Counted from the stretch's first letter, positions 1 through 12,708 are shown. The stretch: 64,000 bases of DNA from Octopus sinensis (GCF_006345805.1 NC_043017.1:32798001-32862000); one strand, 5' to 3'. Notes: generated from the letters alone by a model not told the origin. Numbers and translations: made by a program.

Positions 1-168
1 TGCTGGTGTATTTACGTCCCCGTAACTTAGCGATTCAGCATAAGAGACCGATATAATAAGTACTAGGCTTACAAAGAATAAGTTCTGGGATCGATTTGCT
101 CGATTAAAGGCGGTGCTCCAGCATGGCCACTGTCAGATAACTGAAACAATTAAAAGAGTGTAAAAGAG

Positions 169-170
<2 letters not shown>
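1..170 (+). mobile_element. SINE family A, 3' half
   Basis: Matches the 3' half (GCTGGTGTGTTTACGTCCCCGTAACTTAGC...GACTGAAACAAGTAAAAGAG) of the many full copies in the window. Confidence 0.85.
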
Positions 171-197
<27 letters not shown>

Positions 198-201
<4 letters not shown>

Positions 202-398
202 GTGGCACGTAAAAAGCACCCACTACACTCTCGAAGTGGTTGGCATTAGGAAGGGTATCCAGCTGTAGAAGCTCTGCCAAATCAAGATTGGAGACTGGTG
301 CAACCATCTGGTATGCCATCCCTCAGTCACAATCGTCCAACCCATGCTAGCATGGAAAGCGGACGTTAAACGATGATGATGATGATGATGATGATGAT
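198..398 (+). mobile_element. Family C retroposon 3' end (RTE-linked) with (GAT)n tail
   Basis: TGGCACGTAAAAAGCACC...AGGAAGGGTATCCAGCTGTAGAA...CCAACCCATGCTAGCATGGAAAGCGGACGTTAAAC(GAT)n. Confidence 0.85.
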
Positions 399-794
399 AT
401 ATTCATATAAAGCATCCTTTTGACTTCCACTTTTCTATTCTTGCATGAGTCAGACAGAATACATTGAGACAAATTTAATCTCGCCAGATTGCCTTCCTGT
501 TAACAAACCGCGCTTGTTTCCAAGCAAGATATTTCTGCATGACTGGACAAATTTTCATGGAAAATCTGAAGCAAATAACACCACTTATATGATTCTGACA
601 CTCACGACTATCATGCAATATCAAACATGGCGGTACAGACACACATACATGCACACATTCATGCATTCACACACACACACACACACACACGCTTACACGC
701 AAATTATTACTAATCCATACAAGTAGTCGTATAAAACAAATAAATAAACAAACAAATAAATACAGACAATATATATGAAGACTTATAGAAATTC

Positions 795-1212
795 TAAATA
801 AAGCCACATGTGTAGCTGTGTAGGAAAAAGCTTGCTTACCAACCACATGGTTCCAGGTTCAGTCCCACTGCATGGCACCTTGGGCAAGTGTCTTCTACTA
901 TAACCTTAGGCTGACCAGAGCCTTGTGTGTGAATCTGGCAAATGGTAACTGAAAGAAGCCCATTGTATATATGAATATATACATGTGTATGCATTTGTGT
1001 GTGTGTCTGCCTCCATCACCTCTTGAGAACCAGTGTTGGTGTGTTTATATCCCCAAAACTTAGTGGTTCAGCAAAAAACAAAAAAAGCAATAGAATAGGT
1101 ACCAGGTTTTAAAAAAATATGAGTACTAGGGTTAACTCTTTTGACAAAACTCTTCAAGGTAGTGCTCCAATATGGCTGCAGTCTCATGACTGAAACAAGT
1201 AAAAGATAAAAG
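795..1212 (+). mobile_element. SINE family A, diverged full-length copy
   Basis: tRNA-like head, CCTTGGGCAAGTGTCTT core, GACTGAAACAAGTAAAAGA tail. Confidence 0.8.
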
Positions 1213-1339
1213 ATAAATGCACTTAACCGGTTTCCTCTTTGTATGATTTTCAAAAAGGTACTTTATGAAGAATATGGAGTCGTGTTGCAAACTGTCATTT
1301 TTTTTCTTCTTCATTGTTTATGATTCCTTGCCACAACTC

Positions 1340-1600
1340 ACTAGCTTGTCAATCTTGACTCAAAGAACTTATCAAGCTAGGTTTCCAGCTTCAAATTGTT
1401 ATTGAATGAAACACTACACAAACTGCTGGTGAGCAACTTCAAAAGGTAAAACTCTGAAGGAACCATTCCAGAATACGGTGAGCAAGGTAGAACTTCCCAA
1501 ATCAGCACTTGAATACCATTTTGTAGTGAAATTAGCGAAAAAGTGATGAGTGTTGTCAAGTTGGAGAAGCATACTGCATCACAGGTTGGGTTGTTTCAGC
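1340..1600 (-). mobile_element. mariner transposase relic (C-terminal part)
   Basis: Minus frame IQVLIWEVLPCSPYSGMVPSEFYLLKLL...LDKFFES resembles the mariner WEVLPHPPYSPDLAPSDFHLF motif; contains stops. Confidence 0.65.
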
Positions 1601-1644
1601 TGGTTTGCCAAGATTAGCTGGTGCACTGGCTGTATATAAATGAC

Positions 1645-2260
1645 CATCATCATCATCATCATCATCATCGTTTAACGTCCGCTTTCCATGCTAGCATGGG
1701 TTGGACGGTTCAACTGGGGTCTGGGGAGCCCGAAGGCTGCACCAGGCCAGTCAGATCTGGCAGTGTTTCTACAGCTGGATGCCCTTCCTAACGCCAACCA
1801 CTCTGAGAGTGTAGTGGGTGATTTTATGTGCCACTGACACAGGTGCCAGACGAGGCTGGCAGACGGCCACGCTCGGATGGTGTTTTTTACGTGCCACCGA
1901 CACAGGTGCCAGAAGAGGCTGGCAGACGGCCACGCTCGGATGGTGTTTTTATGTGCCACCGACACAGGTGCCAGACGAGGCTGGCGAACGGCCACGCTTG
2001 GATGGTGTTTTTTTTTTATGTGCCACCGACACAGGTGCCAGACGAGGCTGGCGAACGGCCACGATTGGATGGTGTTTGTTACGTGCCTACAGCACAGAGG
2101 CCAGTCGATGCGGTACTGGCTACAGCCACGTTCGGATGGTTTTCTTATGTGCCACCGGCACTGGTACCACAAAGATACAAATTCCATTGATGTTGATCTA
2201 TTTTGATTTGGTTTGACCATATGTATTGTAAATGACCATATGGCTGTTTTCATGCATTTT
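1645..2260 (-). mobile_element. Family C retroposon 3' end with about 5 internal ~62-bp repeats
   Basis: (CAT)n CGTTTAACGTCC start on + strand; tandem GGTG(C/T)TTTTTACGTGCCACC units. Confidence 0.85.
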
Positions 2261-2422
2261 GTAGTGGACTAACCCTTACCAATGCCACCAAATGCAAATT
2301 GTTGTCTTGCATGGATGCAGATCCAGCTTGGCCCAAGGAATTGCCTGCTTTTCAAGACCCAAACATTCATTCCTCTGCTTTGTATCGATGTAAAGATATC
2401 ACTTTTCATTGCCTGTGACAAT

Positions 2423-2456
<34 letters not shown>

Positions 2457-2741
2457 CCATCTTCATTTAGAGTCTGTTTTCCAAAAGTCTCAGTCATTTG
2501 TCATCACCTCCGTGAGACTCAAGGAAATTTTTCTTCCTTGATACATGTAAACAGTTATGCTTCCTCATCAGATATTTGGAAAGAAGTAAAATTCATTCAA
2601 ATTTCAAAATCGAGAAAAAGCCGAAGTAGAAGAAGAATAGTTCCACAAAACCAAAAACCCAAGAAAACACCATGAGAAAAATAATTTTATTTTAATTCAA
2701 ACATCACTGGAATTTATTTAAACATGATAGGAGTGAAGTGT

Positions 2742-3179
2742 GGTGTAGGAGTGGCTGTGTGGTAAGTAGCTTGCTTATGAACCACATGGCTCTGGGTTCA
2801 GTCCCACTGCATGGCACCTTGGGCAAGTGTCTTCTGCTATAGCCTTGGGCTGACCAGAGCTTTGTGGATTTGGTAGACGGAAATTGAAAGAAGCCCGTCG
2901 TATATATGTATATATGTATATATATATGTATGTGTATGTGTGTGTATACAGTTGTGTGTCTGTGTTTGTCCCCCCCCCACCAACATCACTTGACAATCGA
3001 TGCTGGTGTGTTTACGTTCCTGTAAATTAGCGGTTTGGCAAAAAGAGACTGATAGAATAAGTACTAGGCTTACATAGAATAAGTCCTGGGGTCAATTTGC
3101 TCGACTAAATGTGGTGCTCCAGCATGGCCACAGTGAAATGACTGATACAAGTAAAAGAGAGTAAAAGAGAAAAGAGAGT
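2742..3179 (+). mobile_element. SINE family A, full length
   Basis: A-box-like TGGCTGTGTGG, B-box-like GGTTCAGTCCC, CORE-like CCTTGGGCAAGTG, internal (TA)/(TG) tract, (GTAAAAGA)n tail. Confidence 0.9.
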
Positions 3180-3471
3180 ACTCACATAAACAATGGACCT
3201 TCTCTCAGTTGACACTCATAAGAGAGCTAGCCACCCAAGGACATGGGCTAACACACACTTGTCCAAGATTTTCAGTGAGAACAAACCAAGACCCAAAAGA
3301 GTCGTGAATTGAATCCTTTAACCATACGGCCATGCCTGATGGTTGCATATAACTCAGTGTTCTCTGATCCTCTACGTACCATCTCCAATAATATATATAA
3401 TTGTAATGAATGATTAAAAAATTTACCAAATCTTATTGCCATGGAAACAATGCCCACATTGAGAATACCTA

Positions 3472-3705
3472 TTTCTTTAATGCCCACAAGGGGCTAAACA
3501 TAGAGAGGACAAACAAGGACAGACATAAGTATTGAGTCGATTACATCGACCCCATTGCATAACTGGTATTTAGTTTATCGACTCCGAAAGGATGAAAGGC
3601 AAAGTTGACCTCGGCGGAATTTGAACTCACAACGTAATGACAGACGAAATACTGCTAAGCATTTTCCCCCGACGTGCTAACGCTTATGCCAGCTCGCTGC
3701 CTCAT
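3472..3705 (-). mobile_element. SINE family B
   Basis: Reverse copy of GGCGGCGAGCTGGCAGAA...GAGTTCAAATTCCGCCGAGGTCGACTTTGCCTTTCATCC...TAAAGAAATA. Confidence 0.85.
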
Positions 3706-4089
3706 AGAATAGTGAGCAAAAATCAATTTGGTTTCTCAACAAAGTTTATTGCAGAATTGGAAAGCATTATTCCCGATTTCGGTATATCTCGGTGAAACAT
3801 GATTTTATGGAAAGTAGCTGCAACAGAGAAGTCAATTAGTGAACATTTCCTAACGACTACTTTAGTGTGAATAACCAAAGATGAGAGTTTACTTCAGATG
3901 TTAATTTACTGCAACTTCCATTGACATCATCTTGAAATCTCAAGAGATAAATGCTTAACAAGGGCATTTAGATTACCTGTAGCACGTAATAATTGAAACT
4001 TGGTGGTGACTCGACTATTTCTATTGGTGTTATAATGCAATATTATTTATTTTCCAACATTTATCTTTTATTTGGTTCAGTCATTAGAC

Positions 4090-4308
4090 CAGTGGTTTTC
4101 AACCAGGGTTCCGCGGAAACTTAGGGTTCCGCCAGTACAGTCCAGGGGTTCCGCAAGAAGTTACAAAACTGCTAAAATTGGCAGTAATTTTTAAGTCTCC
4201 TGTGCAGATATGTGTGCATAAGACTATTAAATTATTGCACAGGGGTTCCTCGAACCAGTGGAATGTTTCCTTGGGGTTCCGCTCCAGCAAAAAGTTTGAA
4301 AAGCACTG
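4090..4308. mobile_element. hAT-type MITE with 8-bp target-site duplication
   Basis: TIRs CAGTGGTTTTCAAC / TTTGAAAAGCACTG; perfect TSD CATTAGAC at 4082-4089 and 4309-4316. Confidence 0.9.
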
Positions 4309-4539
4309 CATTAGACTGTAGCCACGCTGGGGCGCTATCTTCGGGAATTGTTTTTAGTTGAATGAATCAACACCAGTACTGATATCTTTCTTTAGCCTGG
4401 TACATATTATATCAGTCTCTTTTGCTGAACCACTATGTTATGGGGATGCAAACACACTGGCACTGGTTGTCAAGTGGTGGTGGTGGTGGTGGAGGACAAA
4501 CCAAACACAAAGACACACCCACAATAGCACTATTTGAGT

Positions 4540-4880
4540 GTGATCATTGCCAGCGTCACCTTAGTAGCACGTGAAATACAGCATCCGAGCGTGGTCATTG
4601 CCAGTGCTGCTGGACTGGCTCCTCCGCAGTTGGCACATAAAAAAACACCATTTGAGCATGGTCGTTCCCAGTACTGCCTGACTGGCCCCTGAATATTGTA
4701 CAAGCACCCACTACACTCCCGGAGTGGTTGGCATTAGGAAGAGCATCCAGGTGTAGAAACTTTGCCAGATCAGATCGGAATCTGGTGCAGCCATCTGGCT
4801 TGCCACTCCTCAGTCTAACCATCCAACCCATGCCAGCATGGAAAGCGAACGTTAAACAACGACGATGATGATGATGATGA
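4540..4880 (+). mobile_element. Family C retroposon 3' end
   Basis: GGCATTAGGAAGAGCATCCAGGTGTAGAAAC...CCAACCCATGCCAGCATGG...(GAT)n. Confidence 0.8.
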
Positions 4881-5084
4881 TATATATATATAAATGTAAA
4901 TATAAATATAAATATGTGTGTGTGTGTATGTGTGTGTAAAGGTAGGATTCAAGGATCAAGGTGTAGGAAGTTAGGAAGCTTCAAACTATAGAAGGTATAG
5001 AAAACAACTTTCAGGAACAATAGTAGTTTATTGACGTAGAAGGTCGTAAATTTTTCCCATATTAAAGTTTGATAAGCTGAATAT

Positions 5085-5147
<63 letters not shown>

Positions 5148-5329
5148 TAGATAAATGGTACAACAAGGCACTGATATTTACTGGAAAATAGCAATCGTAA
5201 TAAATCCGACGCTATTGTATATCTTCACTGCATATATACTATCAAAGACGTGTGTATGCAACAAACATGAAAAAAATTTGTCTTACCTCTAGGAAGAACA
5301 TTCGATAAATGGACAACCTAGAATCGGAT

Positions 5330-5402
5330 AATGCAGAACCGGTTTCTAACTCTTCAAATACGTTTGACAACATAAATTTGATTAGTCTTCATCAGCTGCA
5401 TT
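5330..5402 (-). ncRNA. Candidate type I hammerhead ribozyme HH1
   Basis: Minus strand: AATGCAG-CTGATGA-A-GACT...AGTT-A-GAAACCGGTT-CTGCATT; 7-bp stem I, extended stem II, palindromic stem III ACCGGT, GUU site. Confidence 0.65.
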
Positions 5403-5684
5403 TACCTAGACAAAATTTCAAACGTTGCCACATCAATGCCAGTATACTTGCCTGAACACCAAAATGTTAACATGTATATATATGTATGTTGATGCAAACA
5501 GGAAAAATAGAACTCAAAATATGAATGTATGTATATTATTATCATTTTTATTAATATTTAGCAGAAGCAACAAAGTGATTCAAGATCCAAGAGTTTTGTG
5601 CATTGGCACTTATCAAACTAGACACTCAAAACTCTTAGACTTTGAGTCACTTTGTTGCTTCTACTAATTATTAATATATATATA

Positions 5685-5719
<35 letters not shown>

Positions 5720-5726
<7 letters not shown>

Positions 5727-6090
5727 AAATATTACTTTATAAAAATAGGGTAAAGTAAAATAATTTACTTTATCACACACCGAGCTTTTTAGAAATAGCA
5801 GCCAAAAATTTGGCTATTTCTTCTACTGCAAGAAAGAGTCTCCCAGACAATGCATACTCAGAAATAACTCACATAGGTATATGGGAGACTCTTTCTTGCA
5901 GTAGAAGAAATCGCCAAAGTTTTGGCTGCTATTTCTAAAAAGCTCAGTGTGTGTTAAAGTAAATTATTTTACTTTACCCTATTTTTATAAAGTAATATTT
6001 CAAATATACCGTAAATGGTCATTTTACATACCGAACACTGCTCAGTCGAATTGATTAATAATTAATTAATTCTACCCTTTTTTATTGACA
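5720..6090. mobile_element. (TA)n-flanked foldback element with one-sided tail
   Basis: ~125-bp inverted arms 5721-5845 / 5881-6008, then an ~80-bp unique tail; a related copy lies at 45478-45790. Confidence 0.8.
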
Positions 6091-6138
<48 letters not shown>

Positions 6139-6986
6139 ATACACAAATATTTAATAGATATATATAAAACGACCACCCGGAAAGCCTCCACAACGGTGGA
6201 GTTACGATTTCAGGAGGACGATTGGGATCACGTGGACGAGAAAGGCGCAATCCAGAGAGAGGTGGACAGCATGCTATGACCTGCAGTGTCAAATGGACGC
6301 CTGATGGACTGGTCGGTCAAGGTGATCAAGGTGATATATACAATATATTTTCCTATCAAGTCAAGGTCACTCTTAAGACATTTATAAGCTTGCAGCTACA
6401 GTAAAATTAAAAAGAAAAGAGACACTTGTCTAAGGTACCAAGCAGTGAGATTGAAATGAAAACCATTTGGTTGCCAAGTGAGCTTCTTAACAGCCATGCC
6501 ATACAGGTAAAACAAAAACAAACAAACCAAAACGAACTCTACCGATAACACAAGACCAATATAAAACAGCATAAAACAATCGTATCAACACACCCTTGTT
6601 CCTAAAAAATTAACTGTTGTAACACCTACCCAGACATCAAGTTTTCTCTACACACCTAGCTGTTACTAACACCTGGCAAGAAATCTCTCTCTTCTAAATT
6701 CTGACTACTTTTTCTTTTCTTTTGGTTTGGCAATCAGCATCACCAACGCAACAGGTTTGCACATCAGTTCTGTAAATAAAATCACTTTTGCGAAAACTTG
6801 GTTGAATCAATTCCATGAAGAGATGGAATTAAAGTTTGCAGAACTCAAGACTACCGGAATACTCAAAATTGATAATATAGTTTATACATGAAAGAAAATA
6901 ATTAAATCAGCTTCCAGGAAAACCATACACAACAACACACGCACACACTCATATATATAATATACAAATACACAACAACAAATACG

Positions 6987-7125
6987 ATGTGTGTGTGTGT
7001 GTGTATGTGTGTGTGTATGTGTGTGTATCTATGTGTGTATGTGTGTGTGTATGTGTATGTGTGTGTGTATGTGTGTGTATGTGTGTGTGTGTATGTGTAT
7101 GTGTGTATGTGTGTGTGTATGTGTA

Positions 7126-7160
<35 letters not shown>

Positions 7161-7497
7161 GTGTATGTGTGTATGTGTGTGTATGTGTGTGTGTTGTATT
7201 GTGTGTGTGTATGTGTGTGTGTATGTGTGTGTATGTGTGTGTATGTGTGTATGTGTGTGTGTATGTGTGTGTGTATGTGTGTGTATGTGTGTGTGTATGT
7301 GTGTGTGTCTATGTGTGTATGTGTGTATGTGTGTGTATGTGTGTGTGTATGTGTGTGTGTGTATGTGTGTATGTGGTGTGTGTGTATGTGTGTGTGTATG
7401 TGTGTGTGTCTATGTGTGTATGTGTGTGTCTATGTGTGTGTGTATGTGTGTGTGTATGTGTGTGTCTATGTGTGTGTGTGTGTATGTATGTATATAT
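6987..7497. repeat. (GT)n/(GTAT)n compound microsatellite
   Basis: Direct inspection; source of the CV-rich ORFs. Confidence 0.95.
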
Positions 7498-8804
7498 AAC
7501 TCCAATTACATAACTGAAATGGCCAACTGATATAACATATACAGCTGTATATACAATATACAAATTATACACACAACAAAGATATAAAACCTTTGCATTA
7601 AAAAAAAGCAAACAATATGAAATTTAAATAAATATAAGAAAGTGGAGCAGATTGCTGGCGAGCATTTGTACCCAATGTAAGCCACGAAATGAGAAAGAAA
7701 AGTACAAGGAAAAATAATTAGTAATATTGAGAGACTCTACTGATGGCCACACGACATCAGATGTCACGGTAGGTACCTGGGGTAACATATCCCTGCTCTA
7801 ACAGTAATCAAACTTCATTATGAAACATCCACCCCCACCCCCAATCCCAAAAGCTGTTCTTTAATGAAAAAAAAAGAAGGAAAAAGGCTGAAACACAAAC
7901 CACCAGATACATAGATTTCATTCAAATCATAACCTTTATTCCCCTTTAAGAACTGGAATGTAATATGGTAATTTCAAAACCCTAAAATTTCAGGATTTTA
8001 CAAAAAATATAGGACATAAAACACTTTCAAAAGAAATTATTGCAATCAGCAGTAATTTCAATTAAACACATAATTAGTAATATATGAGAGAGAGAGAGAG
8101 AGAGAAGAGAGAGAGAGCAGGGGAGGGAGAGAAGAAAGAGAGGCTCTGCATAGTTACTTACCTTGCTAGAAATAACTGACTAATTTCCTTTAAGTCTTCA
8201 CCTCTGTCATGCTGAAAGAAGAACCATTAGATAATGCAATCTTAGTTAATCTACATCTAAAAAATGGTGGAATAATTAAGAACCTGAGGATCTTTGATCA
8301 TTGGCCATAGATCAACTGGGCATTAAACAACAGTTACTCAACCCCAGCACTGCCACACCATTAAATTTTGGGGGAAATTTTCAAAAACCTAATAAATATG
8401 CAAAGCAAGAATCTGACATAGACTTGTCCCCCTCCTAAGCCTGAGCCTCTGCAAGTCGTGTGTGACCACAGAGCTACATCTGGAAATTTCTTCTCTAAAA
8501 TAACAGGTAAGAAAAAGTATTGTATGGAGGGTCAGAAGCTGTCTGTACATGGAAATTTAACCTCTCCACACCATAAATGTTCTTGAAGGGAAAATCAAGA
8601 AGAATAGTCCGTGTGCGCATGTGGTGCTCATGTGGTGTCATATAAAAATGCCCATGTGGTGCCATGAGAAAGTTCCCACGTGGTGCCATGTGAAAGCACC
8701 CAGCACAATTTGTAAAGTGGTTGGTGTTAGGAAGGGCATCCAGCCAGAAAAACCATGCCAAATCAGAGTGGAGTCTGGTGCAGCACTCCAGTTCTAACCA
8801 AACG

Positions 8805-9325
8805 TATTTCTTTACTACCCACAAGGGGCTAAACACAGAGAGAACAAACAAGGACAGACAAATGGATTAAGTCAATTACATCGACCCCAGTGCATAACTG
8901 GTACTTATTTAATCGACCCCGAAAGGATGAAAGGCAAAGTTGACCTCGGCGGAATTTGAACTCAGAACATGAAGAGAGATGAAATACCTGTTTCATTACT
9001 ACCCACAAGGGACTAAACACAGAGGGGACAAACAAGGACAGACAAACAGATTAAGTCGATTACATCGATCCCATGCGTAACTGGTACTTATTTAATCAAC
9101 CTATTTCTTTATTATCCACAAGGGGCTAAACACAGAGAGGATAAACAAGGACAAACAGATTAAGTCGATTATATCGACCCCAGTGCGTAACTGGTACTTA
9201 TTTAATCAACCCCGAAAGGATGAAAGGCAAAGTCGACCTCGGTGGAATTTGAACTCAGAACGTAACGGCAGATGAAATACGGCTACGCATTTCGCCCGGT
9301 GTGCTAACGATTCTGCCAGCATGGA
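8805..9325 (-). mobile_element. Three tandem partial copies of SINE family B
   Basis: TTTACTACCCACAAGGGGCTAAACACAG segment recurs at ~8810, ~8995 and ~9110; only the last copy has the head. Confidence 0.8.
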
Positions 9326-9799
9326 TAACGGATGTTTAATGATGATAATGGTGAGGATGACGAATAGTATGATTGCAAATATTTGATCTAAGAATGTCAA
9401 GTAACTCAACAGGTACAATAATCTATCCCATCAAATGCTCTAACAATCTTCTTCTGCCTCGGACTATTACTTTATTCATGGAACCCAAAAGGATTAAAAA
9501 GTAAAATTGACCTCAGTAAGATTTGAACTCACAGTGCAGAAATCCTGGACACATACTGCAAGGCATTTTATTCACCACCAAATAATTAAAACTCAACCAA
9601 CAAAGAAGCACACATTTTTGATATCACCAACTTACACAGACGTTTCCCACCTCAACTCGCAAAAAGAACCATGTCCACTATGCTTAACTACTGGGTTGTC
9701 AGATATTCATACATTTTTTCTATGTATTTTAATCCTTTCCAACTTCATTCAAATTAGCATGAAAGATACTTTTATCAGAGCGTGCACAGGTATGACTGT

Positions 9800-10280
9800 C
9801 ATCATCATCATCATCATCATTGTTTAACGTCTGCTTCCATGGGTTTTGATGATTTTGACTGAGGGCTGGCGAACCAGATGGCTGCACCAGGCTCCAATCT
9901 TCATCTGGCAGAGTTTCTACAGCTGGATGCCCTTCCTAATACCAACCACTCCTAGAGTGTAGTGGGTAGGAAACTTGCTTCCAAGCCATATGGTTCCAGG
10001 TTCAGTCTTACTGTGTGGCACCTTGGGTGAGTGTGCATGTGTAAAAGATTTGAGCGAGGTCATTGCCAGTACCGCCTGACTGGCCCCGTGCTGGTGGCAC
10101 GTAAAAGCACCCACTATATTCTCAGGGTGGTTTGCGTTAAGAAGGGCATCCAGCCATAGAAACTCTGCCAGATCAAGATTGGAGCCTGGTGCAGCCATCT
10201 GCTTTGCCAGCCCTCAATCATTCATCCAACCCATGCTAGCATGGAAAGCGGACGTTAAACGATGATGATGATGATGATGA
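9800..10280. mobile_element. Inverted pair of family C ends, with a SINE A fragment between them
   Basis: C(-) 9800-9968, A fragment ~9968-10040, C(+) 10040-10280. Confidence 0.75.
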
Positions 10281-10469
10281 TAACTGGCTTAAATGCTAAA
10301 GGATTAAACAACAACGATGACAACATAAAATAATATTTGACTAGAAGCCCCTATCACAAGTCACTAATATTACGAAGATAAGATACTAATATTTAGAATC
10401 TGCACTTCTCAAAAGATATATCATAAAGATGAGTAATTTCACACTCTTGTCTTAACATCTGTCTATATT

Positions 10470-10905
10470 TAGAGGCAAGAGAAAAGGTTGCACTGGTTTG
10501 CTCATGTGATGTGTTTGGATGGAGACAATTGCCAATCATTTGAAGTGGATGGCACTTGCAGAAGAGGGAAACCCAGGAAAACATGGGATGAAATACTGAA
10601 AGCATATCTCAAGACATTAAGCCTTATGAAGGAGAGGAGAAAGGACTGAGATATCTGGTGCCTTGCTGTACTTAAGAAGACCCATCCACCACAGCAGAAT
10701 TGATACTGGTGCTGGTGCCACATAAAAAGCACCCAGTACACTCTGTAGACTTGTTGGTACTAGGAAGGGCATCCAGCTGTAGAAACCATACCAGAACAGA
10801 CAATGGAGCCTGGCGTGTCCCCACCAGCCGAACCAGTCCTTGTCAAATTGTCCAACCCATGCCAGCATGGAAAATGGATGTTAATTGATGATGATGATGA
10901 TGATG
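10470..10905 (+). mobile_element. RTE-clade LINE 3' end running into the family C sequence
   Basis: RLHWFAHVM...VDGTCRRGKPRKTWDEILKAYLKTLSL...W (RTE ORF C-terminus), followed directly by the family C body and (GAT)n. Confidence 0.75.
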
Positions 10906-10906
10906 G

Positions 10907-11125
10907 TGGTGGCGAGCTGGCAGAAACGTTAGCACGCCGAGCGAAATGCATAGCCGTATTTCGTCTGCTGTTACGTTCTGAGTTCAAATTCCACCGAAGT
11001 CAACTTTGCCTTTAATCCTTTCGGGGTCAATAAATAAAGTACCAATTACGCACTGGGGTCGACTTAATCTGTTTGTCTGTCCTTGTTTGTCCTCTATGTT
11101 TAGCACCTTTGTAGGTAGTAAAAAA
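10907..11125 (+). mobile_element. SINE family B
   Basis: GGCGAGCTGGCAGAAACGTTAGC head, GAGTTCAAATTCC B-box. Confidence 0.85.
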
Positions 11126-11460
11126 ACAGATAATGATCGTGGTAGTGGTGGTGGTGGTGGTAGTCCTATCAACCCATCCACAAGTCACACATACAACTTC
11201 ATGCATAGCTGACATTACAGGTGCTTCCTCCCACCATAATTTAGAACCATCTGTACAAATATTCCATCTGTGTATCAAGCTGAAATAGGTTAAAAGTAAG
11301 ACTAGTCAAACCTAACATACAGTACTGTTTCTGGACCAGAACACCAGAGAACATCAAAAACGACTGATCATCACACTCCACAACACAAACATATATACAC
11401 AGAATTATAAAGTAGTTGGCATTACATACATAATATATACAACATTCACAGCGTGTCTGT

Positions 11461-11487
11461 GTGTATATATACATACATATATATATT

Positions 11488-11536
<49 letters not shown>

Positions 11537-11550
11537 TATACATGTGTGTG

Positions 11551-11581
<31 letters not shown>

Positions 11582-11621
11582 GTGTATATATATATTATAT
11601 GTATATATATATATATGTGTG

Positions 11622-11657
<36 letters not shown>

Positions 11658-11687
11658 TGTGTGTTTATATATATATATGTATATATA

Positions 11688-11759
<72 letters not shown>

Positions 11760-11888
11760 ATATATTTATATATATATATATGTATGTATATATATTTATA
11801 TATATATATATATATATATAGATATATATATATATAATATATATATATATGTATATATATATATGTATATATATGTATATATATATAC
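11461..11888. repeat. (TA)n/(TG)n microsatellite
   Basis: Direct inspection. Confidence 0.95.
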
Positions 11889-12315
11889 GAAGAAAGAAAA
11901 GCAATGCACGTATATACTAAGAACACTGACAGGAACTGGATTGGAAAGTACAAAGAAATAACGAGAATATTGTAGAAGCAATGTATTAGATTGATCATGA
12001 ATTATGTCAGTCCTTCTTGGACCATTAATCTCTCCTTTAAACAAATTACAAAGAACACAAACAGAATATTTCACATCATCACACACTAAAAACAGATGAC
12101 TTACACAACAAAGAGAAAATATTGAAAATATACATAAAAAAAACAAAACACATCTGAAGTTTTGAAGGCCAAAGCCTGTTTCTGTGAAAAGAAGCAATCG
12201 TCACAATCCTTTTTTTGTATTCTATGCCTGAAAATCAATAACAGTTGTTGTCTCCTGATTGAGTCTGCCTAATCTATATGTGATCAGCACCAGAACCTGT
12301 ATATATATGTGTGTG

Positions 12316-12363
<48 letters not shown>

Positions 12364-12616
12364 TAAGGTGAGGAGAATTAGATACTAATTTAAAGTATCC
12401 ATTCAACAAGTGGCCTAGTGCTCCGAGAAACCTGATTATTATAATATTTTATAAATATTATAATATTTTTACAAAATAAATATAAGAGAGTGGTCACTAT
12501 ATGGCTCACTCTAGCACCAGTTAATCCAAAAGTTTAACCATAAAAATACATGTTTCCCATGAAATCAGTACGATTGTTAGCTCACACGGACAGGGCAAAT
12601 AAAAAATAACAAAATA

Positions 12617-12708
12617 CAGATATTTGGGACAATTGTTTCGCTATTAATGATATAAATGTATTTTACTTACAAAAAAATCCACTTGTAGCTCATCGGCCAA
12701 AATATCTG
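12617..12708 (-). ncRNA. Candidate type I hammerhead ribozyme HH2a
   Basis: CAGATATTTTGG-CCGATGA-GCTA...TAGC-GAAACAATTGTC-CCAAATATCTG; 11-bp stem I with one bulge, G10.1-C11.1 pair, palindromic stem III ACAATTGT, GUC site; U4 is C. Confidence 0.7.

Noticed and set aside
2530-2575. CTGATGA on the minus strand followed by GAAA
   Set aside because: Stems I, II and III do not pair.
2742-2830. tRNA genes at SINE heads
   Set aside because: A/B boxes are present but there is no complete cloverleaf; these are SINE heads.
5288-5451. Possible minus-strand exons (KYTGIDVATFEILS; MLSNVFEELETGSALSDSRLSIYRMFFLE) with AG/GT-like edges
   Set aside because: No recognisable protein and no partner exons; the interval is better explained by the HH1 fold, though an exon is not excluded without RNA-seq.
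11219-11281. Minus-strand AG...GT segment (LIHRWNICTDGSKLWWEEAP or LDTQMEYLYRWF*)
   Set aside because: Short, unrecognised and unsupported by neighbouring exons.
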